From an uncultured Clostridia bacterium (GTDB taxonomy: Bacteria; Bacillota; Clostridia; TANB77; CAG-508), in NCBI GenBank assembly GCA_947628845.1, contig CANRBK010000002.1:1-49532 (forward strand): DNA of 49,532 nucleotides, given 5' to 3'. Shown piece by piece: positions 18,566 to 28,463 of the stretch. The number at the start of each line of letters is the position of its first letter. Position 1 is the first letter of the stretch. The notes under the pieces were generated by a model. It searched no databases, was not told the DNA's origin, and saw only the letters and a program-made list of their open reading frames with translations. Made by a program: the position numbers and the translations under genes.

Positions 18566-20407
18566 ATGTGTGGAATTGTAGGTTACATAGGAACAAAAAA
18601 GGCTTGCCCTATTCTTTTGGCAGGTTTAAGTAGATTGGAATACAGAGGATATGACTCAGCTGGTATTTCAACAATTGAAAAAAACAGATTATCTTTGATG
18701 AAAGTTAAAGGTAGAGTAAAAAATTTAGCAAATTTAGATGGTATTGATAACTTAGAAGGTACTATTGGCATTGCTCATACAAGATGGGCAACACATGGAA
18801 AACCATCAAAAGATAACTCTCACCCTCATCAAGATAATTCAAAATCTTTTAGCGTTGTTCATAATGGAATAATAGAAAATTATAATGAATTAAGAAAATT
18901 TTTAACAGATAATGGTTATTCTTTTTATTCTCAAACAGATACAGAAGTTATACCAAATCTAATACATTATTATTTTACAAAAGATATTGCAAATGATGAA
19001 TTAAAATTTTTAAGAGCTGTAAAAAATGCTTGTTTGGATTTAAAAGGAAGCTTTGCAATTGAAGTAATTTCCAAATTATATCCTGACAATATGATAGTTG
19101 TAAGACAAGATAGTCCTTTAGTTATAGGAACTTGTGAAGATGAAAAATATTTATCTTCTGATATACCAGCTATACTTTCATATACTAGAGATTTTTATCT
19201 TTTAAATGATTTAGAATTTGCTGTATTAACACGAAATATGGTTAAATTTTATGATAAAGATTTAAATAAAATTGAAAAGCAAACGCAAAATATAGAATGG
19301 AATGCAAGTGCCGCTGAAAAAGATGGCTTTGACGATTTTATGTTAAAAGAAATATACGAGCAACCAACTGCGATTAGAGAGACTATCGGTTCTAGAATAA
19401 ATTTAGATAATAAATGTGAATTTGATGAACTCCAGTTTACCAAAAAATATCTAAATAATTTAAATAAAATTTATATTGTAGCATGTGGCACAGCTATGCA
19501 TGCAGGTTTAACTGGAAAAAATGCTATTGAAAAACTTTGTAAGATACCAGTTGAAGTTGATATTGCTTCTGAATTTAGATATAGAGACCCTATTATAGAT
19601 GAAAAAACTTTATGTATTTTTATTTCTCAATCTGGCGAAACTGCTGATACTATTGCTGCATTAAAGCTTTCAAAAGAAAAAGGAGCTAAAACTCTTGCTA
19701 TATCTAATGTAATTGGAAGTTCTATAACTAGAGAAGCAGATTACTCTATTTATACTCATGCAGGCCCAGAAATAGCTGTTGCTTCTACAAAAGCATATAC
19801 TTCTCAAGTTGTATTAATAAATATTTTAGCAATTTATTTTGCAGAAATTTTAGAAAGTTGTGATATAAAAATTTTAAATAATATAAAAAAAGATATTTTG
19901 GATTTACCTAAAAAAATTGAAGAAACTTTAAAATGCAATGAAATTATAAAAAATTTTGCTAAAACAATTTATCAAGAAAAAGATGTATTTTTCTTAGGAA
20001 GGGGAATTGATGAAACTGTTGCTAAAGAAGCTTCTTTAAAACTAAAAGAAATATCTTACATTCATTCTGATAGTTATGCAGCAGGTGAATTAAAGCATGG
20101 ACCTATTGCTTTAATCGAAAATGGAATATTAGTTATTAGTATTTTAACTGATAGTAATCTAGTAAAAAAAACAATAAGTAATATTCAAGAAGTTATTACT
20201 CGTGGCGCTAAAACTTTAGTTATAACTAATCAAAAGTTAGATAAAAATATGTTTGATAAAGTAATTGATATTCCTGAAACAAATTGCTTCTTCTCTCCTA
20301 TTTTATCTATAATACCTTTACAATTACTAGCTTATTATATCTCTAAAGAAAAAGGCTTAGATGTTGATAAACCTAGAAATCTAGCAAAATCTGTAACCGT
20401 AGAATAG
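18566..20407 (+). CDS. glmS: Glutamine--fructose-6-phosphate aminotransferase
   Basis: MCGIVGY N-terminal nucleophile, two SIS domains and the C-terminal ...AKSVTVE. Confidence 0.97.
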   Translation: MCGIVGYIGTKKACPILLAGLSRLEYRGYDSAGISTIEKNRLSLMKVKGRVKNLANLDGIDNLEGTIGIAHTRWATHGKPSKDNSHPHQDNSKSFSVVHNGIIENYNELRKFLTDNGYSFYSQTDTEVIPNLIHYYFTKDIANDELKFLRAVKNACLDLKGSFAIEVISKLYPDNMIVVRQDSPLVIGTCEDEKYLSSDIPAILSYTRDFYLLNDLEFAVLTRNMVKFYDKDLNKIEKQTQNIEWNASAAEKDGFDDFMLKEIYEQPTAIRETIGSRINLDNKCEFDELQFTKKYLNNLNKIYIVACGTAMHAGLTGKNAIEKLCKIPVEVDIASEFRYRDPIIDEKTLCIFISQSGETADTIAALKLSKEKGAKTLAISNVIGSSITREADYSIYTHAGPEIAVASTKAYTSQVVLINILAIYFAEILESCDIKILNNIKKDILDLPKKIEETLKCNEIIKNFAKTIYQEKDVFFLGRGIDETVAKEASLKLKEISYIHSDSYAAGELKHGPIALIENGILVISILTDSNLVKKTISNIQEVITRGAKTLVITNQKLDKNMFDKVIDIPETNCFFSPILSIIPLQLLAYYISKEKGLDVDKPRNLAKSVTVE

Positions 20408-20412
20408 AGATA

Positions 20413-20443
20413 AAGGAAAAGAGCACATTGTACTCTTTTCCTT
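20413..20443. terminator. Terminator between the convergent glmS and bofA
   Basis: AAGGAAAAGAG-CACATTGTA-CTCTTTTCCTT. Confidence 0.7.
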
Positions 20444-20452
20444 ATTTAATTT

Positions 20453-20713
20453 TTAAGATATCAATAGTTTAATTATAATTAAACATACTGCACCAGGTAC
20501 CCCTAACAAGCCGACTAAAATACTTGTAAAAATATTAAGTCCTATATGAAATCCAAAAGAAGTACCAATTAAATTAATTATAAATATTGCTATGCCTCCT
20601 AAAATTGAATTAATTACAAGTTTTAAAATTTTCTTTATAGGTACTATAAATATTTTACCAAATATAAATAAAAAGCAAATACATGCTAAGTATGTAATTA
20701 AATTTGTATCCAT
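20453..20713 (-). CDS. bofA: Pro-sigma-K processing inhibitor BofA
   Basis: Small two-TM protein. IVPIKKILKLVINSILGGIAIF...GLNIFTSILVGLLGVPG is the BofA pattern, and the gene sits next to yaaL as in Bacillus. Confidence 0.75.
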   Translation of the reverse strand: MDTNLITYLACICFLFIFGKIFIVPIKKILKLVINSILGGIAIFIINLIGTSFGFHIGLNIFTSILVGLLGVPGAVCLIIIKLLIS

Positions 20714-20774
20714 TTCAAACCTCACTAAAAATATCTTTATACATTTGTATGTTTGATAATGGACAAATATTCAT

Positions 20775-21056
20775 TTAACCTATTTCTTCTTCATAATTTT
20801 GATATTTAATTTGGTTAATAGTATCAATTGTTATTCCACTAGCTTTTGCCAATTTTAATAAATAATCCAATTTTGCTTGATTAGCTTTTATTTGATAAAT
20901 ATAGTAATCAACTAGACCACTTTCTGCAAATTCGAAATTTTTGTTATCATTCTTTAATTCCTCTCTAGTTTTTATAATATTTTTTATTAACTCTGTTTCT
21001 CTATCTAATTCTGTTTTATCTTTTACTACTTCATCCCTTTTATATTCAATTTCCAT
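20775..21056 (-). CDS. yaaL: YaaL-like protein (DUF2508)
   Basis: ...LIKNIIKTREELKNDNKNFEFAESGLVDYYIYQIKANQAKLDYLLKLAK is DUF2508-like, and the synteny with bofA fits. Confidence 0.6.
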   Translation of the reverse strand: MEIEYKRDEVVKDKTELDRETELIKNIIKTREELKNDNKNFEFAESGLVDYYIYQIKANQAKLDYLLKLAKASGITIDTINQIKYQNYEEEIG

Positions 21057-21246
21057 TTTTTTACACTCCATTTCAATTAATTTTAAATATTATATGCTTG
21101 CTATAAAAAATTTATTCCAAAAAATATAATATAACTAATTTTTTTTGGAAAAATACTTGTTTTTTTCGCCATTTTGTAAGATAATATAGTTGTGAATTAT
21201 AATATAATATAGAAAATATAATTGATTTTTAGAAGGGATAATTATA

Positions 21247-23571
21247 ATGAAATTTATAGATAATTTTTTAAAGAAATTAGGTGTAAGTAGAAATACCTTT
21301 GCAACTTATGTATTAACATTATTAACTATTTATTTAGCAGTAGATAGAATAGTTGAATTTTTATTAATGTTATTTACTGGCGTATCTTATTCATATTGGG
21401 GACCAATAAAATATACTTTTGCTCTTGCTTGTCCAATATTAGCATTTCTCTTTTCAGGTCCATCAGAATTTTCTTCAAATAAAGCTAAAAAAGTCACTTT
21501 ATTTTACATATATGTTATAGGATTGAGTATTATTGCAATATCAATGTTTACACAATGGCTTAATTTTGCTGTATGGTTACTTTTAATTTTTAACCCTGGA
21601 TATGTTGATTTAGTAACAGATTTTGCTGATTTAGTACAACCTGCACTAACTTCACTTACTATTATTTTCCCATTACTTATAATCCCTAAGATTTTTAGCT
21701 TTTTGTATTTTGATGTAGCAGATAGTAAAGATATGACTCGTTCTATTTGGGATTATGGAGGAATAGATTTATCTGATAAGAAAAAAGGTCATGGTCCTTA
21801 TACTTGTGAAATATTTTTATGTCAAGATTATGAAACAGCAAAAATGATAACTATACCAGAAGATTCTAGATATCAATCTATGTTTGTATGTGGTGGTTCT
21901 GGTACTGGAAAAACTTCTTTAGTTTATGAACCTTTAATTGCTAGAGATTTAGAAAGAAAATATTTCTTTAGAGAAGTTTCAAAAGAAATGGGAATTACAG
22001 CTTTAAAATCTGGAATAGCTAGATTAGATGCTCCTTATGACAATGATTATTTAAATGCTAATTTTAATTTAAATATGCTTATACCTATGACTGATGAAAT
22101 TGATGTTTATAAAGGTTATATGAAAAAAATGATATTAGATGATTCTTCTGAAATTACTTATAGAAATTGTGGTATAACAGTTTTATCTCCTGATAGAGAA
22201 ATATCTGACCATATGATAAGTGTTTGTAAGAATTTTGGCTTGACTTATAATATTATAGATCCATCAGATAAAAACTCAATAGGCTTAAATCCTTTTGTTT
22301 ATGATGATACAAATAAAATAGCAATTACAATATCTTCTGTTTTAAAATCAATGTTTGATATTAGTGTTGATAAAGCTTCAGAAACTTATAGAGAATCTGT
22401 TATAGTTCAAGCAATTGAAAATATAGCTATTTTATTAAAAGAAGTATATCCAAAAATGAATGAAGGTAAGTTGCCTAATTTGGATGATATGTTAAAAATG
22501 TTTACTAATTTTGAATTAGTTGAAAAAATGTGTGAAATTTTAGCACATGATGAAGAATTAAAAGAAAAATATAGTACACAATTAGCATATTTTAAAAAGA
22601 ATTTTTATAAAGATGGTATTAATAAAGAAATAACTGAAAAATATATAGATATAGCCATCTCTCAATTAGATAAACTATTACGATTACCTGGAGTTAAATC
22701 AATCCTATGTAATAGGCACAACAATATAAATTTTGATAATATGCTTACTAATGGAGATATTACATTTGTTTGTACTAGACGTGGTGATTTAGGTGCTTCT
22801 AGTCATAAAGCTTTTGGATTATTCTTCTTAATTTCAATGCAAAATGCTATATTAAGAAGACCTGGAAGCGAAAAATCAAGAGTTCCAAACTTCTTATATA
22901 TAGACGAATTTTCAGACTTTATTTGTAAAGCTACTCAACCAATGTTTACAATGTATAGAAAATATAAAATTGGTACTACTATTTCAGTTCAAAACCTTGA
23001 GCAATTAGAAATTTCTAATTCAAAAGAATCATTTAAACAAACAATTTTATCAAATTGCTCTAACAAAATATTTACTGGTGGAGCTACTATTGAGGAGTTA
23101 GAATGGTGGAGTAATGAATTTGGAACTAAGAGAGAATGGACTTATTCTAATTCTATAGATGTTAATAAAAAACAATATGATCCAAAATGGGGTAATATCG
23201 AGTGGAAATTTATTCCTAACTTTAAACCTGGTAAGTTGCAATCTCTTGGCACAAAAGATTGTGGATATAAAATAAGAAGTACTAATGGTAAACACATGAT
23301 TGGGCAAGGTAGACTTAATTTCTTAGAATCAAAATATAAAGAACCTAAAAAGGTAAAAATCTATGATTTTGGTAAATATTCAGATGGAGTTACTACAACA
23401 ACTGAAGATGATAATGATAAATCTGCAAAAAAGAAATTTAATTTAAAAAATTTAGATTTTAAAGACGATAGAAATGAGTTTAATCCAGTTATAACAGATA
23501 CTACAGATTCTAAATATATATTTGATAATGAAGATGCAATCGTTGTAAATTTAAAAAATAAGAAAAAATAG
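21247..23571 (+). CDS. Membrane-anchored P-loop ATPase of the TraD/TraG/VirD4 (type IV coupling protein) superfamily, with no other transfer genes nearby
   Basis: About 4 N-terminal TM helices, Walker A (FVCGGSGTGKTS) and Walker B (NFLYIDEFSDF). The overall layout is typical of T4CP/TraG-D_C proteins. Confidence 0.55.
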   Translation: MKFIDNFLKKLGVSRNTFATYVLTLLTIYLAVDRIVEFLLMLFTGVSYSYWGPIKYTFALACPILAFLFSGPSEFSSNKAKKVTLFYIYVIGLSIIAISMFTQWLNFAVWLLLIFNPGYVDLVTDFADLVQPALTSLTIIFPLLIIPKIFSFLYFDVADSKDMTRSIWDYGGIDLSDKKKGHGPYTCEIFLCQDYETAKMITIPEDSRYQSMFVCGGSGTGKTSLVYEPLIARDLERKYFFREVSKEMGITALKSGIARLDAPYDNDYLNANFNLNMLIPMTDEIDVYKGYMKKMILDDSSEITYRNCGITVLSPDREISDHMISVCKNFGLTYNIIDPSDKNSIGLNPFVYDDTNKIAITISSVLKSMFDISVDKASETYRESVIVQAIENIAILLKEVYPKMNEGKLPNLDDMLKMFTNFELVEKMCEILAHDEELKEKYSTQLAYFKKNFYKDGINKEITEKYIDIAISQLDKLLRLPGVKSILCNRHNNINFDNMLTNGDITFVCTRRGDLGASSHKAFGLFFLISMQNAILRRPGSEKSRVPNFLYIDEFSDFICKATQPMFTMYRKYKIGTTISVQNLEQLEISNSKESFKQTILSNCSNKIFTGGATIEELEWWSNEFGTKREWTYSNSIDVNKKQYDPKWGNIEWKFIPNFKPGKLQSLGTKDCGYKIRSTNGKHMIGQGRLNFLESKYKEPKKVKIYDFGKYSDGVTTTTEDDNDKSAKKKFNLKNLDFKDDRNEFNPVITDTTDSKYIFDNEDAIVVNLKNKKK

Positions 23572-23612
23572 AAAAAAAGAATTTGGAAAAATATAATATT
23601 TTCCAGATTCTT

Positions 23613-24473
23613 TTAAAATTTTATTCCTATTAATTCTATAATAATACCAGAAATTGTTCCTATAGCATATAATAATGCCACTATTTTTATATTTTCTTTT
23701 AACTTATTATTTGTTTTAAATAATACTGCTAGTCCTACTCCAGCTCCTGTTAATAACCCTGATATCATACTACCAAATGAAATAACACTTTCTAAATACA
23801 TATTTGTTATTATTACTGATGCAGCACAATTTGGAATTAAACCAATTAGTGAGCAAATCATTGGTCCTATAATTGGTTTATTAAGTACCCAACTTGCAAT
23901 TGTTTCTTCTCCTACAAAATATACTAATATATTTATTATAAATGTGATTAGTATAATAAATATAAATATATTTATAGTATGATAAATAGATGATTTTATT
24001 ATTCCTTTTTCGTTACAATGACAATGTTCTTCTTCACATATATGTTCAATTTCATTATTTTGTTCTTTTTGTTTATTTTTTAATAAATTTATTGAAATAT
24101 CAATTATTATACCTGCAATAATACCAATTATCAATTTTATTCCTAGAATTTTTAAAATAATTATAGGAGAAACCGCCTCTGATATAAATATTGGTAACAT
24201 CTCATCAGATGTTGATAAATATACTGCAATTAATGTTCCTAATGTAATAACTCTACCAGCATATAAATTTGTAGCTGAAACTGAAAAGCCACATTGTGGA
24301 AATATTCCTAATATACTTCCAAAAAATGGTCCTAACTTTCCAGATTTTTTTATTATTTTTTTTGATCTTTCCCCCATTCTATGTTCTATGTATTCCATTA
24401 TTAAATATGTAATAAATAAAAATGGTAATAATTTTACGGCATCTATTAACGTTTCTTCGATAATTTCTATCAT
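23613..24473 (-). CDS. Polytopic membrane protein, putative 10-TM metal exporter family (ArsP_2/DUF2899-like)
   Basis: The N-terminus MIEIIEETLIDAVKLLPFLFITYLIMEYIEHR is characteristic of that family as I remember it. A central His/Cys/Glu-rich loop (HICEEEHCHCNEKG) is present. AAGGAGATAAAG-ATG start at 24473. Confidence 0.45.
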   Translation of the reverse strand: MIEIIEETLIDAVKLLPFLFITYLIMEYIEHRMGERSKKIIKKSGKLGPFFGSILGIFPQCGFSVSATNLYAGRVITLGTLIAVYLSTSDEMLPIFISEAVSPIIILKILGIKLIIGIIAGIIIDISINLLKNKQKEQNNEIEHICEEEHCHCNEKGIIKSSIYHTINIFIFIILITFIINILVYFVGEETIASWVLNKPIIGPMICSLIGLIPNCAASVIITNMYLESVISFGSMISGLLTGAGVGLAVLFKTNNKLKENIKIVALLYAIGTISGIIIELIGIKF

Positions 24474-24568
24474 CTTTATCTCCTTATTTATATTTGCAAC
24501 CATTAGTTTAGCACAAATATTAAAAATAAGCAAGTTTGAAACAAAAATAAAAAGGGAAGTTCTTCCCT

Positions 24569-25120
24569 TTATCTTCTTCTATAACATCCTGAAAAGCTAC
24601 CAGTTGTTCCATTTGTATTATTAGGAAATACATTTGCTCTAACAGCTATTGCATTATTTGCTGTATTACAATTACAATTTGTAGTACCATTATTATTTAC
24701 ACTGCCATTACTACTTATTGTTAATAAGTCATTTTCATCTCCATTAATATTATTACTACTTATAGTTAATAGATTCAAATCGTCAGTATTTCTATTATTG
24801 CCATTTATAGATAATACTTGTGTTCCATTATTATTTGAATTAGTGCATCCACATCTTCTTCTACAATTTTCTCTTTCATCTAGTTGATTTATTATTTTAC
24901 AAATTATGCTTGTTATTACAGCTGTTATAAATGAAAGTATTGTATATGCAATTGTAGCTACTAAATATGTAGCTATATCTCCTACTGCAAAAGTAACTAC
25001 TAAGAAAATTGCAAATATTATTGCTGCAACTAAAAATGGGCATCTGAAAATTTTTTGTAAGGCAATTGATATTATAATTGTTGCTATTGGTAAAGCAAAA
25101 AATAATAGTAAAGTATTCAT
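24569..25120 (-). CDS. Hypothetical membrane protein with an Asn/Cys-rich repetitive tail
   Basis: Three N-terminal TM helices. The tail reads CRRRCGCTNSNNNG..., LNLLTISSNNINGDENDLLTISSNGS, TNCNCNT and ...GCYRRR. AAGGAG RBS. Confidence 0.5.
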   Translation of the reverse strand: MNTLLLFFALPIATIIISIALQKIFRCPFLVAAIIFAIFLVVTFAVGDIATYLVATIAYTILSFITAVITSIICKIINQLDERENCRRRCGCTNSNNNGTQVLSINGNNRNTDDLNLLTISSNNINGDENDLLTISSNGSVNNNGTTNCNCNTANNAIAVRANVFPNNTNGTTGSFSGCYRRR

Positions 25121-25191
25121 ATTCTTACTCCTTTTAATTTTTACTATATTTTATGCTTTTTTCCTAATTATGGTTACTTCTGTAAAATTTG

Positions 25192-25932
25192 TTATTCATA
25201 TTCAACATTTAACAAATATAGCCCATTAGGTGGTAAAGTTTTTCCTGATAAATTTCTATCTTTACTTTCAATAATTTTCTTAATGTCTTCTGGTTCTATT
25301 TTTTCTGTTCCTACATCTACTAATGTACCTGCAATTATTCTTACCATATTATATAAAAATCCATTTCCTGTTAATTCTATATAGATCCTATTATTAGGCA
25401 TTTGCATAACTTCTGCTTTATATATTGTTCTTACACTACTTTTACTACTTGTACCACTTGCCTTAAATGCTTTGAAATCATGTTCTCCTTCAAAATATTT
25501 TACAGCTATTTGCATTTTTTCTATGTTTAATTTTTGTGGAATATGTGTTTCTAAATTTCTATATATTGCAGATGAAAACTCTGAATTATTTATTATATAT
25601 CTGTATGTCTTTTTCTTACATGTAAGTCTACTATGAAATCTATCATCTACTTCTTCCGCTGATATTACCCTTATTGATTTTTTTAAATTAGAATTTAAAG
25701 CGATTGGTATTTTTTCTACTGGAATATTGGAATTTGTTTTAAAATTAGCTACTTGTCCAAAAGCATGTACTCCTGCATCTGTTCTACCTGATGCGGTTAA
25801 ATCAACTTCTTCTCCTGTTATATTTTTTATTGCTTGTTCTATTGTTCCTTGAATATTTAATTTTGTAGGTTGCTTTTGCCATCCATTAAATTCTTTTCCA
25901 TCATATTCTATTATTAGTTTTATGTTTCTCAT
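25192..25932 (-). CDS. truA: tRNA pseudouridine(38-40) synthase
   Basis: GRTDAGVHA catalytic motif; 246 aa. Confidence 0.92.
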   Translation of the reverse strand: MRNIKLIIEYDGKEFNGWQKQPTKLNIQGTIEQAIKNITGEEVDLTASGRTDAGVHAFGQVANFKTNSNIPVEKIPIALNSNLKKSIRVISAEEVDDRFHSRLTCKKKTYRYIINNSEFSSAIYRNLETHIPQKLNIEKMQIAVKYFEGEHDFKAFKASGTSSKSSVRTIYKAEVMQMPNNRIYIELTGNGFLYNMVRIIAGTLVDVGTEKIEPEDIKKIIESKDRNLSGKTLPPNGLYLLNVEYE

Positions 25933-25955
25933 TTATATTCCTTCCTATATATAAA

Positions 25956-25974
25956 AGTCGCCTTATAAGCGACT
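25956..25974 (-). terminator. Short stem-loop between cdaA and truA
   Basis: AGTCGC-loop-GCGACT with a T-run on the minus strand. Confidence 0.45.
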
Positions 25975-25978
25975 CTTT

Positions 25979-26929
25979 TTAATCTTTATTTTCTTGTTGT
26001 TCTTCTATATTTTGAATTTTATTTTTGTTCTTATTCAATTTTTTTCTTAATTTTTCAAATCTTTCATTTTTAATTGCTGTTCTATCTGTAAATCTTTTTG
26101 TTACAATATTACTTATTAAGATTTTCTTTAAAACATCTTCTCTTACATCAGCAATTAAGGTTCCATCTTTTGCTACAGAAATTTTTCCTGTTTCTTCTGA
26201 TACAACAACTGCTATACTATCTGATTCTTTAGATATTCCTATTGCTGCTCTATGCCTTGTTCCTAATTCTTTTGCAATATCTTTATCATCTGCTAATGGT
26301 AATACACATGCTGCTGCTGCAATTTTATTATTACTAATAACAACTGCTCCATCATGTAGTGGTGTTTTTGGAACAAATATGTTTACTAAAAGTTGTGGTG
26401 AAACTTCTGATCCCATTGGTACACCTGTGGCTATAATATCTTGAATATTTATATCTCTTTCTATAACTATTAAAGCTCCTACTTTTTCTTTTGAAAGTTC
26501 TGTTGCTGCTATTACTATTTTATATATATCTTCTTTTGTTCTAGTTGCTATGTCACTATTTAAGCCAAAAAATTTAGTAAGTTTATTAGTTCCTAATTGT
26601 TCTAATCCTCTCCTAAGCTCTGGCTGAAATATTACTATAATTGCAATAACTCCCCAATTCATAATTCCTGTTAATATTGAATTTAATATTTTTAAATTTA
26701 ATAATCCACTAATCCAAGTAGCAATAATTAAAAATGCTATTCCTTTTATTAGTTGCCATGCTCTTGAACCTTTTACAATTTTTACAAAGCAATATATTAA
26801 AAATATTACTATTACCACATCTAATATTGTTGTAAATAAATTAAATGGATTTTCTCTTAAATTCTCAAATCCTCTTATAATATTTTCATTGTAAAAGTTA
26901 ATCCAACTATTACTTAAACTTTTTCCCAT
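25979..26929 (-). CDS. cdaA: Diadenylate cyclase CdaA (membrane-anchored DAC domain) with a Lys/Asn/Glu-rich C-terminal extension
   Basis: Three N-terminal TM helices, plus HDGAVVI and GTRHRAA motifs. Confidence 0.88.
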   Translation of the reverse strand: MGKSLSNSWINFYNENIIRGFENLRENPFNLFTTILDVVIVIFLIYCFVKIVKGSRAWQLIKGIAFLIIATWISGLLNLKILNSILTGIMNWGVIAIIVIFQPELRRGLEQLGTNKLTKFFGLNSDIATRTKEDIYKIVIAATELSKEKVGALIVIERDINIQDIIATGVPMGSEVSPQLLVNIFVPKTPLHDGAVVISNNKIAAAACVLPLADDKDIAKELGTRHRAAIGISKESDSIAVVVSEETGKISVAKDGTLIADVREDVLKKILISNIVTKRFTDRTAIKNERFEKLRKKLNKNKNKIQNIEEQQENKD

Positions 26930-26945
26930 AATACACCTTCTATAT

Positions 26946-27086
26946 TTATACTAAAGCTAATATTAATGATACCGCTACTGAAAATACCATCATTATTGCT
27001 AATATCCCTGCCATTATCTTTATAAATATTTGTCCTTTATCAAATTTCTTTTGTTCTTTATTTTTAATTTCTTTTTCTTTTTTCAT
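26946..27086 (-). CDS. Small membrane protein (46 aa, below the ORF-track cutoff)
   Basis: A GGAGGAAAATAGA-ATG start gives MKKEKEIKNKEQKKFDKGQIFIKIMAGILAIMMVFSVAVSLILALV. It ends 16 nt before cdaA. Confidence 0.35.
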   Translation of the reverse strand: MKKEKEIKNKEQKKFDKGQIFIKIMAGILAIMMVFSVAVSLILALV

Positions 27087-27150
27087 TCTATTTTCCTCCA
27101 TATTCATACTAAAATTATTATAGCACTATTTTATTACTAATTTCAACATA

Positions 27151-28455
27151 TTATTTGCAAATACCAAAAATTGTTTGTTCTTTTCCTATTTTTTGATTGT
27201 CTATTTTTATTATCTCTTTCATTTTTTCTTTTGCATCTTCTAATTTATTTAAGTCATTTGCATGAATATATGCTAAAGTTTCTCCTTTTTCAACTTTATC
27301 TGCTACTTTTTTATTTAATATAATTCCTACTTCATTATCTATTTTATCTTCTTTTTTTATTCTGCCTGCTCCTAGATAGCATGCTAATTTTCCTATTTCT
27401 TCTGCATTTATTTCTTTTATATATCCTTCTTTTTTTGTAATAATTGGTTCTATAAATTTTGCTTTTGGAAACTTATCCGTATTTTCTATATATGAGATAT
27501 CTCCTCCTTGGTTTTTTACCATCTGTACCAGCTTTTCTAAGGCTTTTCCATTTTTAATATTTTCTATCATTTTTTGTTTATTATTTTCTATATTATTGCC
27601 AAGACCAGACATTTTTATCATATATGCACCTAATTCTAAGACAACTTGTTTTAAATCATCTGGCATATCTCCTCTTAGAAATTTTATAGCTTCTATTACT
27701 TCTAAATTATTTCCAATTGCATATCCTAATGGTTCATTCATATTTGTTAAAATACATATTGTTTCTCTTTTGGCTAATTTCCCTATTTCTATCATTTCTT
27801 TTGCAAGCATCTCTGCATTTTTAATATTTTTCATAAATGCTCCATATCCTACTGTTACATCTAAAACTATCTTTTCTGCTCCACTTGCGATTTTTTTACT
27901 CATTATGCTTGATGCAATTAGTGGTATACTTTCTACACATGAAATACTATCTCTTAAAGCATATAATTTTTTATCTGCTGGTGCTAAATTCATTGTTTGT
28001 GATATCATACTTATTCCAATGTTTTCAACACTTTCTATAAAATTTTCCATATCTAATTCTGTTTTGTATCCTGGAATTGATTGCATTTTATCTACTGTTC
28101 CACCTGTAAAACCTAAACCTCTACCTGACATTTTTGCAACTGGTACACCTATCGATGCAACTAATGGCAAAAGACATATTGATACTTTATCTCCTACTCC
28201 ACCTGTTGAATGTTTATCTACTATTATTTTATTTAAATTTGATAAATCCAATATTTCTCCCGAATTTGCCATTGCTATTGTTAAATTAGTTGTTTCTTCT
28301 TTTGTCATTCCATTTAGATATATTGCCATTACTAATGCAGCTGCTTGATAATCTGTTATACTATTGTTTACATATCCTTCAATAAAATAATCTATTTCTT
28401 CTTTTTTTAATTCTTTTTTATCTCTTTTTTTCTCTATTATTTCTAAAATATTCAT
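27151..28455 (-). CDS. pdp: Pyrimidine-nucleoside (thymidine) phosphorylase
   Basis: DKHSTGGVGDK phosphate-binding motif; 434 aa. Confidence 0.92.
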   Translation of the reverse strand: MNILEIIEKKRDKKELKKEEIDYFIEGYVNNSITDYQAAALVMAIYLNGMTKEETTNLTIAMANSGEILDLSNLNKIIVDKHSTGGVGDKVSICLLPLVASIGVPVAKMSGRGLGFTGGTVDKMQSIPGYKTELDMENFIESVENIGISMISQTMNLAPADKKLYALRDSISCVESIPLIASSIMSKKIASGAEKIVLDVTVGYGAFMKNIKNAEMLAKEMIEIGKLAKRETICILTNMNEPLGYAIGNNLEVIEAIKFLRGDMPDDLKQVVLELGAYMIKMSGLGNNIENNKQKMIENIKNGKALEKLVQMVKNQGGDISYIENTDKFPKAKFIEPIITKKEGYIKEINAEEIGKLACYLGAGRIKKEDKIDNEVGIILNKKVADKVEKGETLAYIHANDLNKLEDAKEKMKEIIKIDNQKIGKEQTIFGICK

Positions 28456-28463
28456 CTTAACTC

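Noticed and set aside
21247-23571. Reading the T4CP-like gene as evidence of an integrative conjugative element or prophage
   Set aside because: There is no relaxase, integrase, VirB4 or portal/terminase, and no flanking repeats. Both flanks are native housekeeping or sporulation genes.
24640-24800. Imperfect ~20-bp direct repeat (CTACTTAT(T/A)GTTAATA(A)G), considered as a possible repeat array
   Set aside because: There are only two copies, and they lie inside a coding region where they encode the LLTISSN peptide repeat. This is not a CRISPR or an intergenic repeat.
27596-28348. Long antisense ORFs in the track. Examples: 27596..28348 (250 aa), 46964..47893 (309 aa), 44821..45420, 43699..44193, 26025..26444, 30406..30768 and 16586..16957.
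   Set aside because: Each lies fully inside a motif-supported gene on the opposite strand (pdp, tagO-like, hslO, ppaC, cdaA, htrA, island gene). They have no RBS and have Ser/Pro/Ile/Phe-biased composition, so I treat them as non-coding shadows.
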